Origin: Rhodoferax sp.
GTDB lineage: Bacteria; Pseudomonadota; Gammaproteobacteria; Burkholderiales; Burkholderiaceae_C
Assembly: GCA_031386665.1 (NCBI GenBank)
Contig: JANNCN010000023.1
Span: forward strand, 10,572-74,571
Reading direction: 5' to 3'
Length of the DNA: 64,000 bases
Made by a program: the position numbers and the translations under genes
Shown here: positions 9,675 through 19,234 of the stretch, piece after piece
Layout of the letters: every line of letters begins with the position of its first letter
Position numbering within the stretch: position 1 is the stretch's first letter
Notes under the pieces: model-generated
The model's input: only the letters and a program-made list of their open reading frames with translations
The model's database searches: none
What the model was told of the DNA's origin: nothing

Positions 9675-9803
9675 ATTTGCTATCTTTAATATAGCAAACT
9701 ATCTATATTATTAAAGAGATAGAGGCCTATATCATTCAAAAAAAGCGAATTTTGCCTCTTTTGGGTCATCAAATACCCAATTTGGGTATTTGATGACCCA
9801 AAA
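9675..9803 (+). repeat. AT-rich modular intergenic repeat, copy 2 (core plus 45-nt perfect palindrome 9759-9803)
   Basis: ATAGCAAACTATCTATATTATTAAAGAGATAGAGGCCTAT matches copy 29502 at about 37/40 positions, followed by 22-nt perfect arms around T9781. Confidence 0.7.
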
Positions 9804-9845
9804 CGAAAAAAGAGCGGTTTTGAGCCAATTGACGCAAATTCAATC

Positions 9846-11648
9846 TCAGGTCTGCCCCATGCGTACCAGCCGCCCAGGCCGGGCCGCGGTGATCTGGCCT
9901 TCGCACTGCACTTGCTCACCGTTCACCCAGGTGCCCACATAGCCGTGCGCCTTTTGCAAAAAGCGCTTGCCACCCGCTGGAAGGTCGTGCACCAGCGCAG
10001 GCTGGCCTATAGACAGCCGGGCGGGGTCAATCAAATTCAAGTCAGCCCGCAGCCCAACTTTGATTTCCCCCCGGTCATTCAGCCCAATGTACTGGGCGTT
10101 ACGCTGCGTCATCATTTGCACCACCTGCGCCAGAGGCAATTGGCCTTGCGCCCGGTCGCGCACCCAATGCGTCAGCATGAAGGTGGTGAAGCTGGCATCG
10201 CACACGGTGCCCACGTGCGCGCCCGCGTCGCTCAAGCCAAACAGCGCCCGGGGGTGGGCCAGCATTTTGCCCACCACGTCCAAATTGCCACCGTTGTAGT
10301 TAAAAATCGGGAAGTACAGCAAATTGCTGCCATCGCCCGCGCACAGGTGGTCAAAAATCGCCTCCAGCGGTTTGATGCCCTTTTGCTTGGCCTGCACATA
10401 AAAGCTGCTGGTCACGGGCGGCTCGTAATTCAGCGTGCCTTCCAGGGCAAACATGCGCGCGCTGATCAAGTCAATGCGGGCCAGCAAAATGTCAACCAAG
10501 GGCGGCACCGACGTGCCGTCGCCCGCCATGGTGTCGGACTTTTCGGTCAAAACGCGGGCTTTGCGAGCCGGGTCGCGCAATGCGGCGGCCCGCTCTGGCA
10601 GTGGCAAATGAGCCACTTCTTTGTACGCGGGCGCACCCATGAAGGGGTGAAAACTGGCGTCCAACCCGTTGATCACGCCAATCCCCCGGGCAGCGGTTTG
10701 AAGGTAGAGCGGCAGGCCAGCGGCCACCGCGGCCTCCACCCTCAGGCGCATGGCTTCATACTGCTGCCCGCCGGGATCGCGCTGCAACCAGCTTAAGGAA
10801 AGCGGTTTGCCAGCCGCCCGCGCCAGCTGCTCTATCAGGTCAAACTCAGCGTCAAAGCGCTTTTGGGTACCCGCAGCATCGTCTGGCGCGCCGCGCAGCA
10901 AATCAAAATCGTTCACCATTTGCAGCACGCCGTGCTTCAGTCCCGTGAAGGCTTTGGCAATGCCCGTCAGTTCGGCCACACTGGCAGCGGAGGCGGGCGT
11001 TTCTTTGCCCTCTGAGGTGCGGTGGTTGTCGCTGCGCCCCGTGCTGAAGCCCGCCGCGCCTGAGACCAGCGCTTCGCGCAGCAGTTCGCGCATGGCCTCC
11101 ACATCGAGGGCCGTGGCGGCCTGGTCGGTGGCCGCTCGCTCGCCCATCACGTACATGCGCAGTGGGTCGTGCGGCACCTGCACCAGGTAGTCCAGGCTGC
11201 GCGGGGTTTTGGCCAATGAATCCATGTACTGCCCAAAACTCTCCCAGTCCCAGCGAATGCCCTCGTGCAAGGCCGCGCCCGGAATGTCTTCAACGCCTTC
11301 CATCAGCTTGACCAAGGCGTCTTCGCCACCAGGGCGTTTGGGGGCAAAGCCCACGCCGCAGTTGCCCATCATCAGGGTCGTTACACCGTGGTAAATACTG
11401 GGGGTGAAGCAGGCGTCCCAGGTGACTTGGCCATCGTAATGGGTGTGGATATCGACAAAACCTGGGGTAAGCCACAGGCCGGTGGCGTCAATGGACTGGG
11501 CGGCAGGCTGGTCGCTCAAGCTGCCAATGGCGGCAATGCGACCGCCTCGCACGCCCACATCGGCCACAAAGGGCTCGGTGCCGCTGCCGTTAACCACCAG
11601 CGCGTTTCTAAACACCCAATCAAGGGGTGAACTTTTTTTGCTTTGCAT
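9846..11648 (-). CDS. N-acyl-D-amino-acid deacylase family amidohydrolase (D-aminoacylase)
   Basis: FRNALVVNGSG...GFVDIHTHYD metal-binding start of the amidohydrolase fold. Length typical of this family. Confidence 0.85.
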   Translation of the reverse strand: MQSKKSSPLDWVFRNALVVNGSGTEPFVADVGVRGGRIAAIGSLSDQPAAQSIDATGLWLTPGFVDIHTHYDGQVTWDACFTPSIYHGVTTLMMGNCGVGFAPKRPGGEDALVKLMEGVEDIPGAALHEGIRWDWESFGQYMDSLAKTPRSLDYLVQVPHDPLRMYVMGERAATDQAATALDVEAMRELLREALVSGAAGFSTGRSDNHRTSEGKETPASAASVAELTGIAKAFTGLKHGVLQMVNDFDLLRGAPDDAAGTQKRFDAEFDLIEQLARAAGKPLSLSWLQRDPGGQQYEAMRLRVEAAVAAGLPLYLQTAARGIGVINGLDASFHPFMGAPAYKEVAHLPLPERAAALRDPARKARVLTEKSDTMAGDGTSVPPLVDILLARIDLISARMFALEGTLNYEPPVTSSFYVQAKQKGIKPLEAIFDHLCAGDGSNLLYFPIFNYNGGNLDVVGKMLAHPRALFGLSDAGAHVGTVCDASFTTFMLTHWVRDRAQGQLPLAQVVQMMTQRNAQYIGLNDRGEIKVGLRADLNLIDPARLSIGQPALVHDLPAGGKRFLQKAHGYVGTWVNGEQVQCEGQITAARPGRLVRMGQT

Positions 11649-12504
11649 CTTTTCTCCTCCACAAACTTGCCAATGTCATGCCGCTCACAATATGCCAAAT
11701 ACCCCACAAACTTGCAAGGGTCACCATGCCCAGGTCGCTGTTGAACTGCACTGCAATGATGCCCAGCGCCAAGCCCGCGTTTTGCATGCCGCCTTCAATC
11801 ATCACCGCGCGGCGGTTGGGTTCGCTCAAACCCATCGCCAGGCTGGTGACCCAGCCGAAAATCAGCCCGCAGGCGTTGTGCAGCACCACCAATAGCAGCA
11901 GAGGCAGCAGCGCCATGTTCAGCAACTGCCGCTCCTTGATCAGTCCCGCCACAATGAAAACCAGCAGCATGATCAAGGCAAATTTGGCCAGTGGCTTTTG
12001 AATTTTGGCGGTCCAGGCGGGCAAGCGTGTGGCCACCACCAGACCCAAGCTCATGGGCAGCGCCAGCAGCAGCACCAGGCTGAACCAAATGTCAGACGGG
12101 TCAATCGCCAGTTCTTTGAGCCAACTGGCCGTGTTCGGGTTGTGGGCCACCATCCAGCTGAAGTTGAGTGGCGTGGCAAACAGGGCGATCAGGCTGGCCA
12201 CCGCCGAAATGCTGACGCTCAAGGCCGTGTTGCCGCGCCCAAAATGCGTCACCACGTTGCTCAAACTGCCGCCTGGGCATGAGGCCACCAAAATCATGGC
12301 AACCTCAATATTGGCGGGCAAATCCAGCGCCAGCGTAGCGAGCCAGGTGCCCACAGGCAGCAAAATAAACTGCGGAATCAGCCCGGCCACCACTGCTCTT
12401 GGTGTTTTGGCAACGCGGGCAAAGTCGGCTGGTTTGACCTCTAACCCCATAGCAAAGACCATGGTTGCCAAAACCAGGCTCAAAATCAGTTGTTGGGTGT
12501 TCAT
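11620..12504 (-). CDS. Bile acid:sodium symporter (BASS) family transporter
   Basis: MNTQQLILSLVLATMVFAMGLEVKPADF start is typical of the family, and the protein is polytopic. Its 3' end overlaps the deacylase start by 29 nt. Confidence 0.85.
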   Translation of the reverse strand: MNTQQLILSLVLATMVFAMGLEVKPADFARVAKTPRAVVAGLIPQFILLPVGTWLATLALDLPANIEVAMILVASCPGGSLSNVVTHFGRGNTALSVSISAVASLIALFATPLNFSWMVAHNPNTASWLKELAIDPSDIWFSLVLLLALPMSLGLVVATRLPAWTAKIQKPLAKFALIMLLVFIVAGLIKERQLLNMALLPLLLLVVLHNACGLIFGWVTSLAMGLSEPNRRAVMIEGGMQNAGLALGIIAVQFNSDLGMVTLASLWGIWHIVSGMTLASLWRRKDAKQKKFTP

Positions 12505-12543
12505 CTTGCAATCTTCATTTCTTTGAGGGTAAACCAAGACAAC

Positions 12544-12630
12544 GACCGTAAAATCAAGGGTTTACGCGGTCCAATAAGCCCGTAACCCGGCCTACCCAGG
12601 CCGTAAAAAGCCCGTGAATAGACCGTAACC
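12544..12630 (+). promoter_or_regulatory. Helically phased CCGTAA direct-repeat array in the BASS/glyQ divergent intergenic region
   Basis: CCGT(A/G) at 12546, 12580, 12601, 12612 and 12623 (spacings 34, 21, 11, 11), plus an inverted copy at 12561-12569. Confidence 0.3.
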
Positions 12631-12657
12631 AGCCCTTTAAAAACCATCAAGCAGGCC

Positions 12658-13647
12658 ATGCTGACGTTTCAACAAATCATTCTCAAATTGCAGTCCTACT
12701 GGGCCGACCAGGGCTGCGCTCTGTTGCAACCCTATGACATGGAAGTAGGCGCGGGCACCTCGCACACCGCCACGTTTTTGCGCGCTTTGGGGCCAGAACC
12801 CTGGAAGTGCGCCTACGTGCAACCCAGCCGCCGTCCCAAGGATGGCCGCTACGGCGATAACCCCAACCGCCTTCAGCATTACTACCAATACCAGGTGGTG
12901 CTAAAGCCCGCGCCCAGCAATATTTTGGAGCTGTACCTGGGTTCGCTTGAAGCGCTGGGGTTCGATTTGAAAAAAAACGACATTCGCTTTGTCGAAGATG
13001 ATTGGGAAAACCCGACGCTGGGCGCCTGGGGATTGGGCTGGGAGGTCTGGTTGAACGGCATGGAAGTCACCCAATTCACCTACTTCCAGCAAGTCGGCGG
13101 CATTGACTGCCGCCCCATCACCGGAGAGATCACCTATGGCCTGGAACGCCTGGCCATGTATTTGCAGAGCGTGGACAACGTTTACAACCTGGTTTGGACC
13201 GATGGCGGGCCAGCGCAGGGCCGCTCCCAAGCAGGCCCAGCCCCCGTGGGGGGCAGCGGGCCACACGCAGTGGGTGAGCGTGGGGGCAAAATTCTCTATG
13301 GCGACGTCTACAAGCAAAACGAAGTTGAGCAATCGACCTACAACTTCGAGCACAGCGATGTGGATTTTCTGTTCACCGCCTTCACCGCGCACGAGAAACA
13401 GGCCAAACACCTGATCGAAGCGCAATTGGCATTGCCCGCGTATGAGCAAGTGCTTAAAGGGGTGCACACATTCAACTTGCTGGACGCTCGTGGAGCCATT
13501 AGTGTCACCGAGCGCGCCGCCTACATTGGGCGTTTGCGCAACCTCGCACGCACCGTCGCTCAAAGCTATTTTGAAAGCCGTGAACGCCTGGGTTTTCCGC
13601 TGGCACCGCGTGAGTGGGTGGCGCAGATGGTAGAGAAGGCGGCGTGA
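12658..13647 (+). CDS. glyQ: Glycine--tRNA ligase alpha subunit
   Basis: Near-identical to E. coli GlyQ over long stretches ([44 protein letters not shown]). Contains a ~26-aa G/P/A-rich insertion. Confidence 0.95.
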   Translation: MLTFQQIILKLQSYWADQGCALLQPYDMEVGAGTSHTATFLRALGPEPWKCAYVQPSRRPKDGRYGDNPNRLQHYYQYQVVLKPAPSNILELYLGSLEALGFDLKKNDIRFVEDDWENPTLGAWGLGWEVWLNGMEVTQFTYFQQVGGIDCRPITGEITYGLERLAMYLQSVDNVYNLVWTDGGPAQGRSQAGPAPVGGSGPHAVGERGGKILYGDVYKQNEVEQSTYNFEHSDVDFLFTAFTAHEKQAKHLIEAQLALPAYEQVLKGVHTFNLLDARGAISVTERAAYIGRLRNLARTVAQSYFESRERLGFPLAPREWVAQMVEKAA

Positions 13648-13664
13648 GAGAGTCAATAACTTAA

Positions 13665-13688
13665 AATGTAGATACGTGTATCTACATT
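13665..13688. promoter_or_regulatory. Perfect palindrome upstream of the second vapB, putative operator
   Basis: AATGTAGATAC GT GTATCTACATT sits immediately upstream of AGGAG and ATG 13700. Confidence 0.45.
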
Positions 13689-13699
13689 AGGAGTGAACT

Positions 13700-13954
13700 A
13701 TGGAACTGCAAGTTAATCGTTGGGGCAATAGCTTGGCCGTGCGCTTGCCTGCAGGGCTGGCGCGTGACATTGGAGTGAATGAAGGTTCAAGTCTGTCGCC
13801 GCAGGAGTTGGGGCAAAGGCTCTTGGCATTGCAGGATGTGCATCAGCAAGACGCCCTGTTGACGCGCAAGCAATTGCTAGAGCGCATTCGCGAACTGCAC
13901 AAACACATGCCAATCACTCAACCAGTCAGCAAAGACGAGATGAGTCGTTACTGA
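13700..13954 (+). CDS. vapB: AbrB/MazE-family antitoxin (VapB-type)
   Basis: VNRWGNSLAVRLPAGLARDIG is the classic MazE/AbrB motif. Its stop lies 1 nt before the PIN gene start. Confidence 0.8.
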   Translation: MELQVNRWGNSLAVRLPAGLARDIGVNEGSSLSPQELGQRLLALQDVHQQDALLTRKQLLERIRELHKHMPITQPVSKDEMSRY

Positions 13955-13955
13955 T

Positions 13956-14429
13956 ATGGGTGGCACGCCAGCTCGCTCCCGTCGCGTGTATGTGGATACC
14001 AGTGTGTGGGTTGCCGTGTTGACGCAAGAGCCGAGCACCGAAACGCTCATGCGTGCGCTTGAAGCGGAGGCGGGCCAGTTACTCACTGCCATCTGGACAC
14101 GCACTGAGTTGGCCAGTGCTTTGGGTATCAAGGCCAGGCGCAAGGAGCTCACGCAAGACCGTGTGCGCCAGCTGATTCAGGAATTTGAGTTATGGGTGGC
14201 TGGTGGTCTGACTGCTTTGCCGGTTGATAGCATGGACTTTTTGCTGGCTGCGCGCCTGTGCGAAAACATTGACACCGAGCTGCGCGGCGGTGATGCCTTG
14301 CATTTGTCTGTCGCCAAACGCTGCCGGGCCACACACCTGATGTCTCTGGATAAAGACATGCTGGAAAACGCCAGCAGCCTAGGTATGCAATTGATTGATT
14401 ACGATGACAACAAAAAACTTACTCATTGA
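13956..14429 (+). CDS. vapC: PIN-domain ribonuclease toxin (VapC-type)
   Basis: VYVDTSVW, TRTELASAL, GGDALHLSVA and LMSLDKDM supply the four acidic PIN positions. Its 3' end overlaps glyS by 26 nt. Confidence 0.8.
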   Translation: MGGTPARSRRVYVDTSVWVAVLTQEPSTETLMRALEAEAGQLLTAIWTRTELASALGIKARRKELTQDRVRQLIQEFELWVAGGLTALPVDSMDFLLAARLCENIDTELRGGDALHLSVAKRCRATHLMSLDKDMLENASSLGMQLIDYDDNKKLTH

Positions 14430-16602
14430 ACTGTTCGTTGAAGAGCTGCCCCCTAAGGCGCTCAAGAAACTGGGCGAAGCGTTTGCTTCTGCCTTGGCAG
14501 ATTCGCTTAAGGCCCAAGGGTTGGCGGCTACTGATGCTGTCGCTACCAATTTTGCGTCGCCGCGTCGTTTGGCGGCGCATGTGACTGATGTGTCGCCTCA
14601 AGCTGCCGACAAGCAACTTGTGCAAAAGGTCATGCCCGTGAGTATCGGATTGGATTTGAATCAACAGCCCTCTGAAGCTTTGGTAAAGCGGTGGGCTACT
14701 CTCGGGGCATCACTAACGCCCTTGCAGCAGCTGGTTTCTGCTGTTCGAGAGACAGCTACCCAGCAAATTCATGATGCGCTCATAGCAAGGCCTGAACAAG
14801 TATTACTACGCGCATTGGATGGAAAAGTTGAGACTCTATTTATTCGAAAAACCGAACGCGGTTCGACGCTAGCCGTTGGCTTGCAAAAGGCAATTGAAGA
14901 TGCGATTGCCAAGTTGCCGATTCCTAGAGTCATGAGCTACCAGCTAGAAAGTGGCTGCGAATTGCCCGGCTGGACCAGTGTGAGCTTTGTACGGCCTGCG
15001 CATGGGTTGCTGGCCTTGCACGGGGCAGACGTGGTGCCCGTGCAGGTGCTTGGGTTGACCTCTGGCAACCGCACGCAAGGCCATCGTTTTGAGGCGGCAG
15101 TGTCACCGGTTGTGATTGCAGACGCCGACAGTTATGCCGCGACTTTGTTGAATGACGGCGCAGTCATCGCCAGTTTTGCAGAGCGCCGCGCAGAAATTGT
15201 TCGCCAGTTGGCGGCAGCGGCTAGCAAAATCGGCGGGGGTGTCAAAGCAATTGACGACGACGCACTGCTGGACGAAGTAACCGCCTTGGTCGAGCGTCCC
15301 AATGTTCTGGTGTGCGAGTTTGAGCGTGAATTTTTGGATGTGCCGCAAGAGTGCCTGATTCTCACCATGAAGGCCAATCAAAAGTATTTCCCGCTGCTGG
15401 ATTCGGCAGGCAAATTGACGAACCAATTTTTGGTGGTCAGCAACATCAGCCCGGCAGACGCCGGTGCAGTGATTCAAGGCAATGAGCGCGTGGTGCGCCC
15501 GCGCCTGGCCGATGCGAAATTCTTCTTTGACCAGGATCGCAAAAAAACCTTGGAATCGCGTGTTGAAGGCTTAGCCAAAGTCGTGTACCACAACAAATTG
15601 GGCACGCAAGGCGAACGCATGGCCCGTGTCTGCGCAATTGCCAAGGCGATTGGCCAGCAATTGGGTGGCGACTGTCTGGCAAAGCAAGCTGAAACAGCAG
15701 CGCGATTGGCCAAGACTGATTTGGTGACCGACATGGTGGGCGAATTCCCCGAATTACAAGGCATCATGGGCGGCTATTACGCAAGGCACGATGGCCTGTC
15801 GACTGAGGTTGCACAAGCCATTGAAGACCATTACAAACCGCGTTTTGCGGGTGACGAGTTGCCGCGCAACCCAGTGGGTGTGGTTGTCGCATTGGCAGAC
15901 AAATTGGAAACCTTGGTGGGCATGTTCGGCATTGGCAACTTGCCCACGGGCGACAAGGACCCGTTCGCCTTACGACGCCATTCGCTGGGCCTGGTTCGCA
16001 TGTTGATCGAGCGAAATTTAAACCTGTCGCTGCCTGACCTCGTGCAACAGGCCAGTACCAGTTTTGGCAGCAAGTTGGCAGACACCGCAACCAGCAACGC
16101 GCAACTGCTGCAATTTGTCTACGAGCGCGTTTCTGGCTATTTGCGGGACTTGAGTTATTCAGCCCAGGAGGTTGATGCAGTGATTGCATTGCGACCCATG
16201 TGGGGTGAATTTCCAAAGCGTTTGGCCGCGGTGCGGGCCTTTGCCGCCCTGCCTGAAGCACCGGCTTTGGCCGCAGCCAACAAGCGGATTGGCAACATCC
16301 TGAAAAAGACTGACGCCGTAGACGCCCATGTGAGTCCAGTGTTGCTTCAGGAGCCCGCCGAAATTTCGCTTTATGCAGCATTGCAAGAGGTCGGCTCAAA
16401 GGCCGATTCCCAGTTTCACGCGGGCGATTACGCGGCGTCTTTGCAAACGCTGGCAGCCTTGCGAACGCCTGTTGACGCCTTTTTTGATGGCGTCATGGTC
16501 AATGCCGAAGCCTTGGATTTGCGTTTGAATCGCTTGGGTTTGCTCACTTCTTTGCATGCGGCCATGAACCGTGTGGCAGACTTGTCGAAACTCGCAGCCT
16601 AA
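14404..16602 (+). CDS. glyS: Glycine--tRNA ligase beta subunit
   Basis: MTTKNLLIELFVEELPPKAL matches the GlyS N-terminus (E. coli FLVEIGTEELPPKAL). Start placed at ATG 14404. Confidence 0.95.
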   Translation: MTTKNLLIELFVEELPPKALKKLGEAFASALADSLKAQGLAATDAVATNFASPRRLAAHVTDVSPQAADKQLVQKVMPVSIGLDLNQQPSEALVKRWATLGASLTPLQQLVSAVRETATQQIHDALIARPEQVLLRALDGKVETLFIRKTERGSTLAVGLQKAIEDAIAKLPIPRVMSYQLESGCELPGWTSVSFVRPAHGLLALHGADVVPVQVLGLTSGNRTQGHRFEAAVSPVVIADADSYAATLLNDGAVIASFAERRAEIVRQLAAAASKIGGGVKAIDDDALLDEVTALVERPNVLVCEFEREFLDVPQECLILTMKANQKYFPLLDSAGKLTNQFLVVSNISPADAGAVIQGNERVVRPRLADAKFFFDQDRKKTLESRVEGLAKVVYHNKLGTQGERMARVCAIAKAIGQQLGGDCLAKQAETAARLAKTDLVTDMVGEFPELQGIMGGYYARHDGLSTEVAQAIEDHYKPRFAGDELPRNPVGVVVALADKLETLVGMFGIGNLPTGDKDPFALRRHSLGLVRMLIERNLNLSLPDLVQQASTSFGSKLADTATSNAQLLQFVYERVSGYLRDLSYSAQEVDAVIALRPMWGEFPKRLAAVRAFAALPEAPALAAANKRIGNILKKTDAVDAHVSPVLLQEPAEISLYAALQEVGSKADSQFHAGDYAASLQTLAALRTPVDAFFDGVMVNAEALDLRLNRLGLLTSLHAAMNRVADLSKLAA

Positions 16603-16669
16603 GAGCAATGCATTTTTTATCCAATATTGCCCAACCCTGTCGACACCTCATAGCCCATAGTTCTTCACC

Positions 16670-17245
16670 ATGAAGCTAGTCATTCTTGACCGCGACGGCA
16701 CCATCAATGCCGACAGCAACGAGTACATCAAGTCGTTCGACGAATGGATGCCATTGCCGGGTGCGCTTGAGGCCATCGCCCGACTCAACCATGCGGGCTG
16801 GCATGTGGTGGTTGCCACCAACCAGTCTGGGTTGGGGCGGGGTTTGTTCGATGTGGCTTCGCTGAACGCCATGCACACCAAAATGCACAAACTTCTGGCA
16901 GCGGTGGGTGGGCGAATTGATGCTGTTTTTTACTGCCCCCATACACCCGACGACGGCTGCCATTGTCGCAAGCCGGCGCCTGGGCTTTTTGAGCAAATTG
17001 GCGAGCGTTATGGCATTGACCTCAAAGGTGTTCCGGTCGTAGGCGATGCCAACCGCGACATCGTCGCTGGTGCTGTCGCAGGTTGTGAGCCCCATTTGGT
17101 GTTGACGGGCAACGCGGGCGTTTACCGGGGGCAAGACCTGCCTTCAACCTTCCCGGCGCACACCCGCGTTCATGAAGATTTGGGTGCCTTTGCCGACTGG
17201 CTGGTCGCCAAGCATCTGCCAGCACCGGCAATGGTTGCGACTTGA
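16670..17245 (+). CDS. gmhB: D-glycero-beta-D-manno-heptose-1,7-bisphosphate 7-phosphatase
   Basis: HAD motif ILDRDGTIN, zinc-binding CPHxPxxxCxCRKP, TNQSG. Confidence 0.9.
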   Translation: MKLVILDRDGTINADSNEYIKSFDEWMPLPGALEAIARLNHAGWHVVVATNQSGLGRGLFDVASLNAMHTKMHKLLAAVGGRIDAVFYCPHTPDDGCHCRKPAPGLFEQIGERYGIDLKGVPVVGDANRDIVAGAVAGCEPHLVLTGNAGVYRGQDLPSTFPAHTRVHEDLGAFADWLVAKHLPAPAMVAT

Positions 17246-17303
17246 CCGATGTAGCACGCCGCCTCGCAGAATCCACCTAGAAATTAGAATTGTTTTAAGC
17301 ACC

Positions 17304-18050
17304 ATGGCCGCCATCAGATCGTTCATTCATATGCTCTGGATGCTGATCACAGTGATCCCGGTTGCCTTCTGGATGGTGGCCGCCGCACCATTTGCCAGCC
17401 CTAAACACTTGCTGGCTTCTGCAAACGGTTTTCTGGCCTGTGCCATGTATGGCTTGCGTGCTATTTGTGGGGTGAACTGGAAGGTGATGGGTCTTGAAAA
17501 CCTGCCAGGGCTTGACGCCAATGGCAAGGTGTTGCCGGCCATTTTGTTGGTCAAGCACCAGTCCACGCTCGAGACTTTTTTGATGCCCTTGATCATGCCA
17601 AGACCCTTGGCCTACGTGTTCAAAAAAGAGATTCTGTACATTCCCTTTTTTGGCTGGGGCATTGGCCGTTTGGAAATGGTGCACATCGACCGCAAGCTGG
17701 GCAAGCAGGCGTTTCAAAAGGTGGCCGAGCAAGGTCGCGAGTTATTGGACAAGGGCACCTGGGTCATCATGTTTCCTGAGGGCACCCGCATCCCACGTGG
17801 CAAGGTCGGGCAGTACAAGTCGGGCGGCACCCGCTTGGCAGTGGAAACCGGCGCGCCGGTTGTTCCAATTGCGGTAACGTCTGCCAAGTGCTGGCCGCGC
17901 AAGGCTTTTATCAAGACGCCGGGCACGATAGAGGTGTCCATCGGCAAACCCATTCCCAGCCAGGGCAGAAAGCCCGATGAGTTGATGGTCGAGGTGCAAA
18001 CCTGGATTGAAGCTGAAATGCGTCGACTTGACCCACAGGCCTATCGATGA
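17304..18050 (+). CDS. plsC: 1-acyl-sn-glycerol-3-phosphate acyltransferase
   Basis: VKHQSTLE (HX4D/E block), FPEGTR, N-terminal TM helix. Start at ATG 17304, downstream of the gmhB stop. Confidence 0.85.
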   Translation: MAAIRSFIHMLWMLITVIPVAFWMVAAAPFASPKHLLASANGFLACAMYGLRAICGVNWKVMGLENLPGLDANGKVLPAILLVKHQSTLETFLMPLIMPRPLAYVFKKEILYIPFFGWGIGRLEMVHIDRKLGKQAFQKVAEQGRELLDKGTWVIMFPEGTRIPRGKVGQYKSGGTRLAVETGAPVVPIAVTSAKCWPRKAFIKTPGTIEVSIGKPIPSQGRKPDELMVEVQTWIEAEMRRLDPQAYR

Positions 18051-18117
18051 TGACTTTCAAGGTCGATTATCTTCAAATCATTTGGGTCGCGCGCTAAATT
18101 CATTGGTTCAACCCTGC

Positions 18118-19227
18118 ATGTTTCGCCTGCTGCAATTCACGCTCGACTTGTTTGACTCAAGCGCTTCTGCTGTGCCCAAGCAGACAGTGAAACGGACGCG
18201 AGCAAGGCGAGCGCCCAAGTCGAAGACGCCTCCCGACGCGGCGCTGTTTGATTTTGCTGTTCCAATTGTTCCAATTGATTCAATGGAACCAGTTGGCGCA
18301 TTTGGCCCAGTCGACATGCCGGTCCCAGCGGTCAACGTTCAAAACCTCACGGCAAGTTCAATCCAAGCGGTGACCGAGACATCTGCTCAACAGCTCGCTG
18401 ATGTGGTTTTGCCAGCCAATTTTCGGCACCCCAAAGCCAACCGCGAATCCCGCCTAGGCAGCGCTCAGGTGGCCTACCATTTCAGGCGCGCCAAGCGCCG
18501 GACTATTGGATTTTCTGTTGGCCCTGACGGCTTGGTCGTGAGCGCTCCCAATTGGGTGCCTTTGTACGAGGTTGAGGCTGCACTCAAAGAAAGGGCCCAG
18601 TGGATCCTGAAAAAACTGGGCGAAACGCGCGAACGGCGTGACCGGCTGGAATCTGCGCGAATTGAATGGCGTGATGGAACCCAGATTCCCTTTTTGGGTG
18701 AGCAAGTGAGGGTTGTTTTGGATCCTGAGCACTCGTTCAAAGCCAGTGGCGCCGAGCTGACTTTGGACGCCCCTCTGGGTGGCGCTGCAATTGCTGCGGG
18801 GAATGATGTCGGCAGGGACATCGTTGTAGCGGCACAAAAAACTTTGCGGGTAGCGCTGCCACACAACGCTGCGCCAGAGCAAGTGCGGGACGCCGTGCAG
18901 GCGTGGCTGATGCGACAAGCCAAGGCTATTTTCATCCAGCGGCTAGAGCATTTTGCGCCGCAACTCAAAGTGCATTGGACTAAGCTTTCACTAAGCAGCG
19001 CGGGCACCCGGTGGGGCAGTGCCAGTTCCAACGGCTCAATTCGATTGAATTGGCGGCTGATTCATTTCAAACAATCGGTGATCGACTACGTGGTGGCCCA
19101 TGAATTGAGCCATTTGCAAGTCATGGACCATAGCCCCCGGTTTTGGGACACAGTTCGCACGGTGATGCCCGACTACGCAATTTTGCGCGCCCAACTGAAA
19201 GACGACAGCTTGCCGCGTTGGACGTGA
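18118..19227 (+). CDS. YgjP/DUF45 (M48-like) zinc metallohydrolase with long N-terminal extension
   Basis: HELSHLQVMDHSPRFW HExxH motif near the C-terminus. The DUF45 body begins around VAYHFRRAKRRTIGFSV. Start uncertain. Confidence 0.75.
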   Translation: MFRLLQFTLDLFDSSASAVPKQTVKRTRARRAPKSKTPPDAALFDFAVPIVPIDSMEPVGAFGPVDMPVPAVNVQNLTASSIQAVTETSAQQLADVVLPANFRHPKANRESRLGSAQVAYHFRRAKRRTIGFSVGPDGLVVSAPNWVPLYEVEAALKERAQWILKKLGETRERRDRLESARIEWRDGTQIPFLGEQVRVVLDPEHSFKASGAELTLDAPLGGAAIAAGNDVGRDIVVAAQKTLRVALPHNAAPEQVRDAVQAWLMRQAKAIFIQRLEHFAPQLKVHWTKLSLSSAGTRWGSASSNGSIRLNWRLIHFKQSVIDYVVAHELSHLQVMDHSPRFWDTVRTVMPDYAILRAQLKDDSLPRWT

Positions 19228-19234
19228 ATTCATT

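Noticed and set aside
12901-13656. 251-aa ORF on the minus strand
   Set aside because: Antisense to glyQ, which is near-identical to the E. coli enzyme.
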